NCBI GenBank assembly: GCA_027493295.1
Contig: JAPVWS010000464.1
Location: forward strand, 1 to 41,983
Direction of reading: 5' to 3'
From: Candidatus Versatilivorator vitaminiformans
GTDB lineage: Bacteria; Acidobacteriota; Terriglobia; Versatilivoradales; Versatilivoraceae
DNA length: 41,983 nt
Position 1 is the first letter of the stretch; the number at the start of each line of letters is the position of its first letter. Below, piece by piece: positions 26,974 through 36,433 of the stretch. The notes below the pieces were generated by a model. The model worked only from the letters and a program-made list of their open reading frames with translations, was not told where the DNA came from and did no database searches. The position numbers and the translations under genes were made by a program.

Positions 26974-28878
26974 TCAATAATAGAAGCGCTGCAGCCGCGC
27001 TCTTTCGTTTTCGTACTCATCCCGGCGCTTGCGAGTTTCCGGATCCCCGCTCACCTCGGCCGCGGCTACATCCCACCAGATGCCGGCGCCCGGAGGCGTC
27101 CGATACTTTTCAGTATCCACCACGATGACGCAGGGCTGCGACTTCTTCCTGGCCTCCTGCAAGGCTTCCCGAAACTCGTCGGTGGTGTAGACATGCATGG
27201 CGTGGGCCCCCAGGCTCTGGGCATTGTGAGCGAAGTCGATGGGCACGAAGTCGGCATCCAGGCGATTGGTTTCCTGGTCGCGGGCCCGGAACTCGTTGCC
27301 GAAGCTGTGTCCCGCCCGAGCCAGTTGCAGGCCGCGAATGCACTGGTAGCCGTGGTTCTCGGAGATGACCAGGGTGATCTTCAGCTTTTCCTGAACGGCG
27401 GTCATCAGCTCCATGGGATTCATCAGATAGGTGCCGTCGCCCACAAACACGTACACTTCTCCTTCCGGCTGGGCCATGCGCACACCCAATCCCGCCGGGA
27501 TCTCGTACCCCATGCAGGAGTAGCCGAATTCCACGTGGCAGGTTCTGCCGCCGGTGGCATCCCACAGCTTCAGCAGATCGCCGGGGGGATTGCCGGCGGC
27601 AGCCACGACGGTATCCCCCGAACGGGCCTCCTGGTTGAGAACGCCCACCAGTTGGGCCTGGCTCATGGCTTCTCCCTCGACCGGCTGATAGACTTCGTTT
27701 TCCAGTTGACTCCGCCACTCCCGCTTCCATCCGGCAACTTCCCGGACATAGTCGGCCCGCGGCCTCACCCCGGCGGCCAGGGCCGCCTCGGTGAGGGCTT
27801 CCAGCCCGGCCCGAGCGTCCGCCAACAGGGGCACGGCCCCCTGCTTGTAGGCATCGTGAGGCCCCACGTTCAGGCTGATGAACTTCACCTCCGGGTTCTG
27901 AAAGGCGGATTGAGACCCGGTGGCGAAATCGGTGAGCCGAGTGCCCACGCAAATGAGCAGGTCGGCCTGGCTGGCCACCTTGCCGGCGCAGGGATTTCCG
28001 GTCACCCCGTAACCGCCCAGTCCCACTTCGGATTCCTCCCGCAAGGCGCCTTTTCCCGCAAAGGTCTCGCCCACGGGAATCCCGAGCTCGTTTGAAAAAC
28101 GCTGCAGCGCCTCGCAGGCCTCCGAGTAGTGGACCCCGCCGCCGGCGATCACCATGGGGCGCTTGGCCTGCTTCAACAGGCCGACCGCTTCCCGAACCCG
28201 GTCGGGATCGGGCAGGCGGCGCTCAACCAGCCAGGTCCTCTCTTCGAAAAAGGCCGCCGGGTAATCGTAGGCGTGAGCCTGCACATCCTGGGGCAGCGAC
28301 AGGGTGACGGATCCGGTCTCGACCGGATCGGTCAGGACCCGCATGGCCTCCGGCAGGGCCGTCAGGAGTTGCTCGGGCCGCGAGATCCGGTCGAAGAAAC
28401 GGCTGACGGGGCGGAAACAGTCGTTCACGCTCACATCGGCCGACACCGGATGCTCGAGCTCCTGCAGCACCGGGCCCTGGTGGCGGGTCACGTAGTAGTC
28501 CGAGGGCAGCAGCAGGACCGGCAATCGATTGATGGTGGCCGTGGCCGCCCCCGTCAGCATGTTGGTGGCTCCCGGCCCGATGGAGGAGGTGCAGGCCATG
28601 GTGGCCAGGCGGTAGTTGGCCTTGGCATACCCGGCAGCCGTGTGCACCATCGACTGCTCGTTGCAGGGCTGATAGTAGGGGAGATCGGCTCCGTATTCGT
28701 AGAGCGCCTGCCCCAAGCCGGCCACGTTGCCATGGCCGAAGATGCCGAAGATGGCCGGGATCAGGCGGCGGGACCGCCCGTCGCGCCTGCTGAACTGCAC
28801 CTGGAGGAATTTCACCAGGGCTTGCGCGACCGTCAGTCGAACCGTTCGCTGCGGACTCTGTTGCAACATCATCGTCAC
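26974..28878 (-). CDS. iolD: 3D-(3,5/4)-trihydroxycyclohexane-1,2-dione acylhydrolase (ThDP-dependent)
   Basis: Collinear by eye with B. subtilis IolD over the full length (RLTVAQALVKFL, IFGHGNV, NEQ.M.H.A..YAK, RPEQL, EFGYSCMGYE, GDG.YLM...EL.TA.Q, WWDVAAAEVS). Confidence 0.92.
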   Translation of the reverse strand: MTMMLQQSPQRTVRLTVAQALVKFLQVQFSRRDGRSRRLIPAIFGIFGHGNVAGLGQALYEYGADLPYYQPCNEQSMVHTAAGYAKANYRLATMACTSSIGPGATNMLTGAATATINRLPVLLLPSDYYVTRHQGPVLQELEHPVSADVSVNDCFRPVSRFFDRISRPEQLLTALPEAMRVLTDPVETGSVTLSLPQDVQAHAYDYPAAFFEERTWLVERRLPDPDRVREAVGLLKQAKRPMVIAGGGVHYSEACEALQRFSNELGIPVGETFAGKGALREESEVGLGGYGVTGNPCAGKVASQADLLICVGTRLTDFATGSQSAFQNPEVKFISLNVGPHDAYKQGAVPLLADARAGLEALTEAALAAGVRPRADYVREVAGWKREWRSQLENEVYQPVEGEAMSQAQLVGVLNQEARSGDTVVAAAGNPPGDLLKLWDATGGRTCHVEFGYSCMGYEIPAGLGVRMAQPEGEVYVFVGDGTYLMNPMELMTAVQEKLKITLVISENHGYQCIRGLQLARAGHSFGNEFRARDQETNRLDADFVPIDFAHNAQSLGAHAMHVYTTDEFREALQEARKKSQPCVIVVDTEKYRTPPGAGIWWDVAAAEVSGDPETRKRRDEYENERARLQRFYY

Positions 28879-28944
28879 CTCCCCTTCTCTCGAGACTACT
28901 CCAACCGAATTGTGCCGGCCGGGCTGCCAGCGCCCTTCAAGAGG

Positions 28945-30231
28945 CTACTGCCAACGGAACCACCGCAAGGCCAGCAGGAAACTGACACTTCCCCAAGCCG
29001 CCATCACCAGCACATCCGGCCAGTTGGCGGCGAGGGGAAGTCCTTCATTGATGTTGGCCCGCAAGGCGTCGTTGAGCGCCGTCAGCGGCAGCACCTGAAT
29101 GACCGGCTGCCAGAACTCGGGGAAGCGGGTGGCAGCGAAAAAGGTCCCCGAGAGCAGCCACATGGGCAGCATCACCAGGTTCATCAACCCCGAGACTCCT
29201 TCGATGGTCCGGGTGCGGGCAGCCACCAGCAGTCCGAGTCCCGCGAAGGACATGGACCCCAGCAGCGAAATGACCCCCAGTTCCAGGATCGAACCATGAA
29301 CGGAAACGCCGAAGGCCATCCAACCGAAGCTGATCACGGCCACCACCTCCAGCGCCAGGAAAATCAGGCGCGACAGCATGAAGGACAGCAGAAAGTGGGT
29401 CCTGCGCATGGGCGTGGCCGCCAGCAGCTTCAGCAGCTTGCGGGTGCGTGCCTGCACCACCGCGAAGCCCAGGCCCCACATGCCGCTCCCCATCAGGTTC
29501 AATCCCACCAACCCGGGAATCAGAAAATCGATGTAGCGGGCTCCGGCCTGGGCCTCGGCTTCGTCCCTGACCCGGGCGACATCTTCCCGTCCCATGCGCC
29601 GCTGCAGGGCGTCGTCCAAGACCAGCCGGGCAACCCGGCTGTCGGGCCGAGTCGGGTCGTAACGGTAAACCAGGCCCTCCGAATCCATATCAGGAAGGGG
29701 CGGAGAGGGGGAGACCGTCTCTCCGGCCTCGGGATTCCCGGTCGCCGCAGCCTCCGACGGAGCAGGCTGCAGCACCAGCGCCACCCTGCCCGTACGCAGT
29801 GCCCGCGCCGCCTCCTCCGGCGACAGCAGGACAGCCTCGATATCGGAACGCCCGTCCAGCCATTCCATCAGCCGGCCGGAATTCGAGCCCGGCCCCTGGC
29901 GCCCGTCGGCTTCCACGGCTACCTGGACAGTTGCCGGACCCGTTTCGCGGAAGGCGATTCCCAGCGCCACGGCCAGCAGAACGGGAAAAACGAAGACCCA
30001 GAAGACAGCCTCGGGTTCCCTCACGAACTCCCGAATCCTGGCCAGCGTGAGCTCCAGCAGCGGATTGACCGGGCGGTAGCGGCTGGCCCCGGGAAGCGGC
30101 CGTGCTGCGCCCGCATCGGACGCCTCGAGATCCGGGACGGCGCCGGTCAAGGGTCCGGTCTCCACCGCATCGGCAGGCGGCAGGGTCCGCTCCAGCGAGG
30201 GGCGGGGCTTGGCGCCGATGACATCAGGCAT
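28945..30231 (-). CDS. ABC-2-type transporter permease with a large loop after TM1
   Basis: REPEAVFWVFVFPVLLAVALG (TM1) is followed by a hydrophilic segment of about 140 aa and five further TM segments. The ABC-2 pattern is present (..R...G..E.L..TP.....L....L, PMWLLSG.FF). It overlaps the ATPase gene by 8 nt. Confidence 0.82.
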   Translation of the reverse strand: MPDVIGAKPRPSLERTLPPADAVETGPLTGAVPDLEASDAGAARPLPGASRYRPVNPLLELTLARIREFVREPEAVFWVFVFPVLLAVALGIAFRETGPATVQVAVEADGRQGPGSNSGRLMEWLDGRSDIEAVLLSPEEAARALRTGRVALVLQPAPSEAAATGNPEAGETVSPSPPLPDMDSEGLVYRYDPTRPDSRVARLVLDDALQRRMGREDVARVRDEAEAQAGARYIDFLIPGLVGLNLMGSGMWGLGFAVVQARTRKLLKLLAATPMRRTHFLLSFMLSRLIFLALEVVAVISFGWMAFGVSVHGSILELGVISLLGSMSFAGLGLLVAARTRTIEGVSGLMNLVMLPMWLLSGTFFAATRFPEFWQPVIQVLPLTALNDALRANINEGLPLAANWPDVLVMAAWGSVSFLLALRWFRWQ

Positions 30232-31186
30232 CTCGGAGCTTTCTCCCGGTGAGGGTCACAAAGACGTCTTCCAGAGTCGCCGTGTGTGTGGTCAAACCCA
30301 CCAGCCTGGCCTCCTGAATCTTCACTTCAGCCAGCAGGGCCGGCAGGGCTTCAGCCACGCTGGAGACGGTAAGCAGGTAATTTCCGTCGCGGCTCCGCAC
30401 CCCGCGTACGCCGGGCAGCCGGGAGAGCCGGTTGTCGTCGACGAAACCTTCCAGGCTGAATTCCACAATCTCATCGGCTCCCAACGATTCCACCAGGGCG
30501 TTGGGAGTGTCCAGCGCAATCACCTTCCCATGATCCATGATGGCCACCCGGTCGCACAGGCGGGAGGCCTCCTCCATGTAATGGGTCGTCAGCAGTATGG
30601 TACCACCCCGGGAACGAAACATTTCGATCAGATCCCAGAGCTGCAGCTTGGCTTGAGGATCCAGTCCGGTAGTGGGTTCGTCCAGGAAGAGCACGTCCGG
30701 AGCCGCCACCAGCGCACAGGCGATGGCCAGCCGCTGCTTCTGGCCACCGGAAAGCTTTCCCACCCGGGCGTCTCGTTTCTCCTCAAGCTCCACCAGTCGG
30801 ATGACTTCGTCGGGCTCCCATCCCCGCTTGTAAAGGCTGCGGAACATCGCAATGGTTTCCACCACCGTCAAGCGATCGGCAAACTGTGTTTCCTGGAGCT
30901 GTACCGCCAGACGTTCCCTCAGAGCGCGGTCATCGCCTTCCCCCCAGCCTTGGCCCAGCACCTCCACCCTGCCGCCGTCGGGATTGGTGAGACCCTCGAA
31001 GATCTCGACGGTAGTGGTCTTGCCGGCCCCATTGGGCCCCAGCAGGCCGAAACACTCTCCCATCCTGACTTCCAGGTGAATGCCGTCAACGGCTACCACC
31101 TCGCCGTAGCGTTTCACCAGGGACTCGCAACTGAGGGCAACTTCCCTGGAGGCGTTCGCGGGTTGCTTGGAGGCGGTTACAGGCAT
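30224..31186 (-). CDS. ABC transporter ATP-binding protein
   Basis: Walker A GPNGAGKTT, Q-loop, signature LSGGQKQRL, Walker B VLFLDEPTTGLD and H-loop TTHYMEEA. Start at ATG 31186 (MPVTASKQ). Confidence 0.92.
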   Translation of the reverse strand: MPVTASKQPANASREVALSCESLVKRYGEVVAVDGIHLEVRMGECFGLLGPNGAGKTTTVEIFEGLTNPDGGRVEVLGQGWGEGDDRALRERLAVQLQETQFADRLTVVETIAMFRSLYKRGWEPDEVIRLVELEEKRDARVGKLSGGQKQRLAIACALVAAPDVLFLDEPTTGLDPQAKLQLWDLIEMFRSRGGTILLTTHYMEEASRLCDRVAIMDHGKVIALDTPNALVESLGADEIVEFSLEGFVDDNRLSRLPGVRGVRSRDGNYLLTVSSVAEALPALLAEVKIQEARLVGLTTHTATLEDVFVTLTGRKLRDA

Positions 31187-31271
31187 GGGCGACCAGGAGT
31201 ATTCTGGGACCTTTCCGATCCACCCGAGCGCTAACCGGCCCCGCAGTGCGGGTGCAGACCGGAGGGCGAAT

Positions 31272-32267
31272 TTAGCGCCGCAGACTCCACTTGGGTGTGA
31301 CGCCGGGATTGGCGCAGGCATCGGGCCAACGCCCTTCCGCCACTCGAATCAGGGTCTCCACCGACAGGCGCCAGAAGGAGTCCTTGCTGATGTCGGAACA
31401 GCCGGCCACGTGAGGGGTCAGGACCACGTTGTCCATTTCCAGCAGAGGACTGGTGGGAGCCAGGGGTTCGGGCTCGAAGACGTCCAGGCCCGCCGCCGCG
31501 ATCCAACCTTCCTGAAGCGCCCGGATCAGGGCCTGCTCGTCCACGACCGGTCCCCGGCAGGTGTTGATGAGCACCGACTCCGGCTTCATCGACCGGAGCT
31601 GCGTTTCACCGATCAGGTGCCGGGTTCCCGAACTCAGGGGTGTGTGCAGGGAGACGAAATCGGATTGGGAGAGCAGGCTCTCCATCTCGACCGGACGGAC
31701 GCCTTCGGCCCTGATCACCTCCGGTTCCAGCAAGGGATCGCAAGCCAGGATCCGCAGCTTGAAACCCTGCATCTTGCGAGCCACGCTGCGGGCGATGCGG
31801 CCGAAGCCGATCAGGCCCAGGGTGTTTCCCCGCAGATGCCAGCGATGAATGTGCTCGCGGCGGTCCCAGCGCCCTTCCCTCAGGGCGCGATCGTGGGGCA
31901 CGATCTGGCGGATCACGGCAAACAGTAGACCGATGGCATGGTCGGCCACTTCGTCGAAGACGGCGGTGGGGGTATGGGCCACGACGACGCCCTGCCGGGT
32001 GGCGGCCTCTACCGGAACGTTGTCGAAACCGCTGCCGGTGCGCAGAATGACTCCGCAGCGGGACAGCTTTTTCAGGCGCTCGGCGGTAATGACCGGATTC
32101 CCGTAGAGCCACACCATATCGGCATCGGCCGCCGCCCCCAACAGCTCCTCTCCGGAAGTACAAGGGTGAATCCGCAAGTCCACCCCCGCCTGCTGCAGGT
32201 CCTGTTTGACCCAGGAGGGCACCGGAACTCCGTCCGCCTCCACGTAGACAACGGTTAACGGTTTCAC
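31272..32267 (-). CDS. D-isomer-specific 2-hydroxyacid dehydrogenase family protein
   Basis: NAD-binding GLIGFGRIARSVARK, then LL..SDFVSLH.PL...T.HLI, N..RG..VDE.AL..AL..G.I.AAGLDVFE.EP and TPH.AG. GTG start at 32267 with an AAGGAGG SD 7 nt upstream. Confidence 0.9.
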   Translation of the reverse strand: MKPLTVVYVEADGVPVPSWVKQDLQQAGVDLRIHPCTSGEELLGAAADADMVWLYGNPVITAERLKKLSRCGVILRTGSGFDNVPVEAATRQGVVVAHTPTAVFDEVADHAIGLLFAVIRQIVPHDRALREGRWDRREHIHRWHLRGNTLGLIGFGRIARSVARKMQGFKLRILACDPLLEPEVIRAEGVRPVEMESLLSQSDFVSLHTPLSSGTRHLIGETQLRSMKPESVLINTCRGPVVDEQALIRALQEGWIAAAGLDVFEPEPLAPTSPLLEMDNVVLTPHVAGCSDISKDSFWRLSVETLIRVAEGRWPDACANPGVTPKWSLRR

Positions 32268-32518
32268 GAAGCTACCTCCTTCAGATAGATCCACGCCGGG
32301 GCGGGTGAACCAGGCCTTCCATCGGGAAAGCCTTGTCCCGGTCCGGCATCGGATTCAAGGGCAAAGGAAAGCGGGGATTGCGATCTGCGCCGGCCGGACC
32401 CGTGAGCCTCAAACCGGCCTGCCGGCTTATCCTTGGAAACTCAGGGCTGCGGGACCACCTGTCTGTTGCGGCCCGACTTATAGCATGATCACCCGGGAGG
32501 CTCAAGGTCTATCGGCCT

Positions 32519-32546
32519 TTGGAAATCCAGCGGGACAGCGTACAAT
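32519..32546 (+). promoter_or_regulatory. candidate sigma-70 promoter upstream of the FG-GAP gene
   Basis: TTGGAA (32519..32524), a 16-nt spacer, then TACAAT (32541..32546). This would give a 5' leader of about 160 nt before ATG 32711. Confidence 0.25.
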
Positions 32547-32710
32547 GACGGGCCGTGGCCCGCGGAGATCCGGGAGCACGCCAAGTGCGACGGGGTCGGA
32601 ACAGCGCCACAAACAAGCACCCGTTCTCCCAGGGCCAGCCATGGTCGCTCTGGGCCGGGTCTGTTTACGTCCCGACGCCCGGGTCAAGCCATTGGGAGTT
32701 GGAGGAAGTG

Positions 32711-35593
32711 ATGAAATCACCAAAGCCTTTCCGTTTACACAGCCGACTCGGCTCTGCCTGGTGGATGCTGGCCGGAGTTCTCATTGCGGTTCCCTGGTCG
32801 CTTTTTTCCTCGGAGCCACCTTCGGCCCTGGTGTGGCGGGAACACACCTTTGAGGATTTTGCCGACGGGCGATTGGGCGACGGCGGGGCTAACACCTACG
32901 TCTCGGCTCGAGGCCGGGTCCAACTGGTGAACAGCTGGGATCTGAACCAGGACGGCTACCTGGACCTGGTGTTTTCCAATACCCATCCCCACCGGGAGGC
33001 GCTGGATGCGGCCATCTACTGGGGTAACGGCAAGGACTTCGACGGTTCGCGCCGCTCCTTCGTCCCCAACGACGGCGCCCAAAATGCGGCTGCCGCCGAC
33101 CTTGACGGGGACGGCCAGATGGACCTGGTCCTGGCCAACTACACCAACGGGACCTGGGACGGCATGGATTCATACGTCTACTACGGCGGCATCCAGGAGC
33201 TCAAGGCGCGCAAGGACGCGTCCCAATGGGGCTTTCATCCCTTCGCCCGCAAGGTGACGCTGCCCAGCCGGGCCGCCCAGCACGCGGCCGTCGAGGACCT
33301 CAACAAGGACGGCTTCCCCGACATCGTTTTCGCTTTCTCTGCCGGTTTCTGGGAATATCGGGCCGCCAGCGGAGGGTACGAGTCTCCCTCCAGAATCTAC
33401 TGGGGCTCGGCCAACGGCTACAGCGCTGACCACCAGACCGACATCCCGGCCCTGGGGGCCTCCTCGGTCGTTATCGGCGACTTGAACCGGGACGGTTGGC
33501 CGGACATCGTGCTGGCCAACCAGGGACAGGACGGCAATCCCGACGTGGACTCCTACGTCTACTGGGGCGCTGCCGAGGGATTCGACGCCGCTCGCCGGAC
33601 CAGCCTGCCCACCCACCAGGCCAACTGGGTGACTCTGGGGGACGTGAACAACGACGGACGCACGGACATCGTCTTTGCCAACGGCAAGGGCACCGCTTCC
33701 TATGCCTACCTCAACAGCTCCAAGGGCTTCGAGCCCGACCGGCGGCTGGAACTGGCCACCAGCAACGCCAAAGCCTGCGCCGTGGCCGATCTGAACCGGG
33801 ACGGCCGCAACGACCTCTTCTTTACCAACCACCACTCCAGCAACAACCGTCTGACCCATTCCTACCTCTATTGGGGAGGGGAGAAGGGTTTCAGCGACAA
33901 GGACCGGCAGGAATTCGAGACGGTAGGAGCCTGGGGAGTTTCGGTGGCCGACCTGAACCACGACCAATATCCCGAGATCATCGTCTCCAACTACAAGGAG
34001 CACTTTTCCTTCGACGTGCCCTCGGTGATTCTCTGGAATTCGGAGGGCACCTTCTCCGACGTGCGCCGCACTTCCCTCTTCACACAGGGCGCGGTCGGCA
34101 ACCTGGTCTCGGATTTCAACTGGGACGGCCATCCCGACCTGCTGTTCATGAACACCGTGTCCCGCTCCCGCGGGGGCGTGGTCCCCACCTATATCTACTG
34201 GGGCAACCGGGAGGGGCAATACACGCCGGAAGACCGCCTGGCCCTCCCCTCGGTCGACCCCTACGAGTGGGCCGCCGCCGACCTGAACGACGACGGCTGG
34301 GTCGACTTCCTGGTCTCCAACTTCGGGGAAACCGTCCGCTGGCGCCAGGAAAGCTATATCTATTGGGGGAGCTCCGAGGGCTTTTCGGTCGACAGCCGCT
34401 CGGCCCTCATGGGCGTGGGCAGCGCCGGGGCCTCCATCGCGGACCTGGACCAGGACGGGCACCTGGACGTCATCCTCAGCAACTCTCCCCGGCCGGAAGA
34501 CGGCGTCAAGGGAGCTTTCATCTATTGGGGGAATCCGGAGGGGTTCGTGGTGACCCAGCGGAGTGAAGTTCCCGGCGGCGGTACCTCCACCGTGGCCGAT
34601 CTCAACCTCGACGGCAGGCCGGACCTGGTCTTCGGGGGCAGCGAGGGAGTGGGAATCTTCTGGAACGACGGCAGCCGCGAATTCTCCGAGAGCCGCAAGA
34701 CCCTGATCCCCGACAGCAAGGGAATGCACGGATCCGAGGTGGCGGACGTCAACCGGGACTCCTATCTGGACGTGATCCTGACTCGGGGCGGTTCGCTGGG
34801 GAAACGCCAGACTACCGGTTTCGTCTATTGGGGGAATCCCAGCGGCGAATACAAGAGCGAGGGGAGACTCGAGTTCGCCACCGAGGGACTCATCACCCTG
34901 ACGGTTGGCGACGTCAACCAGGACGGCTGGCTGGATTTCATCTGCCCCAGCTACAACACCGGCTCCAGCCGGGCCACCATGACCAAGATCTACCTGGGGG
35001 GACCGGACGGCATCAGCTCCGACCGCATGTTCGAGCTACCCAGCAACGCCGGAACCGGCAGCATGGTGGCCGATTTCAACCGCGACGGCTACGCGGACAT
35101 CCTGATCATCTGCCACCGGTCCGAGGGCGATCCCAACCGGATCGGATCTTTCGGCGACCATGTGACCGATTCCTATCTCTACTGGGGCAGTCCGGAGGGT
35201 TTCCGAGCCGATCATCGCCTGGAGATCCCCGTGCGGGGCCCCCACTTCGATTCGGTGGTGGATCTCGGCAACATCTACGATCGGCGCCACGAGTTCACCT
35301 ATATCTCTTCGGCCTTCCACTATGGCGACCGGCAGCCCGCCGACCTTGCCTGGCGGGGGCAGACACCCCATGGAAGCAGCCTCCGCTTTCAGGTTCGCAC
35401 CGCCGCGGACGAACAGGGCCTGGAAAGGGCCCGCTGGGAAGGACCTGCCGGCCCCGGGTCCCACTTCGAGCACTCTTCGGCCCTGGCGGACCGTCCCGAC
35501 GGCCATGGCTGGATCCAGTACCGGGCCTTCCTGAACACTCCCCACGGCGCGGTTTCTCCCGTCCTGGAGGAGGTTGCCCTCACCTTTCGCTAG
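32711..35593 (+). CDS. FG-GAP/VCBS-repeat protein, 14 repeats (predicted double seven-bladed beta-propeller)
   Basis: GGAGGA SD at 32701 and a signal/TM segment WWMLAGVLIAVPWSLF. There are fourteen copies of a unit of about 65 aa. Each unit has a D[LFV]N.DG..D[ILF]..[SAT]N calcium-loop-like motif and a Y[IV]YWG..[EK]GF strand. Confidence 0.88.
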   Translation: MKSPKPFRLHSRLGSAWWMLAGVLIAVPWSLFSSEPPSALVWREHTFEDFADGRLGDGGANTYVSARGRVQLVNSWDLNQDGYLDLVFSNTHPHREALDAAIYWGNGKDFDGSRRSFVPNDGAQNAAAADLDGDGQMDLVLANYTNGTWDGMDSYVYYGGIQELKARKDASQWGFHPFARKVTLPSRAAQHAAVEDLNKDGFPDIVFAFSAGFWEYRAASGGYESPSRIYWGSANGYSADHQTDIPALGASSVVIGDLNRDGWPDIVLANQGQDGNPDVDSYVYWGAAEGFDAARRTSLPTHQANWVTLGDVNNDGRTDIVFANGKGTASYAYLNSSKGFEPDRRLELATSNAKACAVADLNRDGRNDLFFTNHHSSNNRLTHSYLYWGGEKGFSDKDRQEFETVGAWGVSVADLNHDQYPEIIVSNYKEHFSFDVPSVILWNSEGTFSDVRRTSLFTQGAVGNLVSDFNWDGHPDLLFMNTVSRSRGGVVPTYIYWGNREGQYTPEDRLALPSVDPYEWAAADLNDDGWVDFLVSNFGETVRWRQESYIYWGSSEGFSVDSRSALMGVGSAGASIADLDQDGHLDVILSNSPRPEDGVKGAFIYWGNPEGFVVTQRSEVPGGGTSTVADLNLDGRPDLVFGGSEGVGIFWNDGSREFSESRKTLIPDSKGMHGSEVADVNRDSYLDVILTRGGSLGKRQTTGFVYWGNPSGEYKSEGRLEFATEGLITLTVGDVNQDGWLDFICPSYNTGSSRATMTKIYLGGPDGISSDRMFELPSNAGTGSMVADFNRDGYADILIICHRSEGDPNRIGSFGDHVTDSYLYWGSPEGFRADHRLEIPVRGPHFDSVVDLGNIYDRRHEFTYISSAFHYGDRQPADLAWRGQTPHGSSLRFQVRTAADEQGLERARWEGPAGPGSHFEHSSALADRPDGHGWIQYRAFLNTPHGAVSPVLEEVALTFR

Positions 35594-35623
35594 GACGATC
35601 GCCGCCGGCAGCCATCCTGCCCC

Positions 35624-36415
35624 TCACTCGTCCCAGGTGCCGCGGGCGTTGATGCCGCCGTCCACGCACACGTACTCGCCGGTCATGAAGGACGCCCGGT
35701 CGCTCACCAGGAATACCAGCACGTTGGCAATCTCCTCCGGACCGGCCGTGCGGCCCAGCGGATGGGCCTGGCCCAGCGTGGCTCTCAGTTCAGCCACGTC
35801 ACCGCCCGAGGCTTCGAAGGCCTCCTGCTGCAGGGGCGTGTCCACGCCCCCGGGACAGATGGCCAGCACGCGGATGTTGTCGGTGGCAAAATCCAGAGCC
35901 AGGTTGCGGGTCAAGGAGAGAATGCCTCCCTTGCTGGCCGCGTAGGCCGGGACCTTCTTCATGGATTGGAGGCCCTGGACGCTGGCCATGTTGACGATCA
36001 CGCCCCCGCCCCTCTGCCTCATCTCCGGAATGGCGAACTTGGACATCAGGAAGAAGCTCTTGAGATTGACGTCGATGATTCGATCCCACAGTACCTCCGG
36101 GGTGTCCACGGCGTTCACGTAGGAGCTCGGTGGCTGGATTCCGACGTTGTTGACCAGAATGTCGACTCCCCTAAAGGTTTGGGCGGCATGGTCAACCACC
36201 TGGGCCGCCTCGCCGGAGTCGGCCACGTCGGCTGCCACCGCCTGGACCGCCAGCCCCTCTTCGTCGGCCATGGCCAGCAATTCCCGGTTGGCCGCTCGAT
36301 CGATATCGGCAAATACGACCGAGGCTCCCTCCCGACCCAGGGCCAGCGTGCAGGCGCGGCCAATGCCCTTGCCTCCGCCGGTCACAATTGCCACCTTGCC
36401 TTTCAACCCGTCCAT
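35624..36415 (-). CDS. short-chain dehydrogenase/reductase (classical SDR)
   Basis: TGGGKGIG cofactor motif, NNVG, catalytic S...YAASK, and PG.V.TP. Confidence 0.92.
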   Translation of the reverse strand: MDGLKGKVAIVTGGGKGIGRACTLALGREGASVVFADIDRAANRELLAMADEEGLAVQAVAADVADSGEAAQVVDHAAQTFRGVDILVNNVGIQPPSSYVNAVDTPEVLWDRIIDVNLKSFFLMSKFAIPEMRQRGGGVIVNMASVQGLQSMKKVPAYAASKGGILSLTRNLALDFATDNIRVLAICPGGVDTPLQQEAFEASGGDVAELRATLGQAHPLGRTAGPEEIANVLVFLVSDRASFMTGEYVCVDGGINARGTWDE

Positions 36416-36433
36416 GGAATGCCTCCTCTCATC

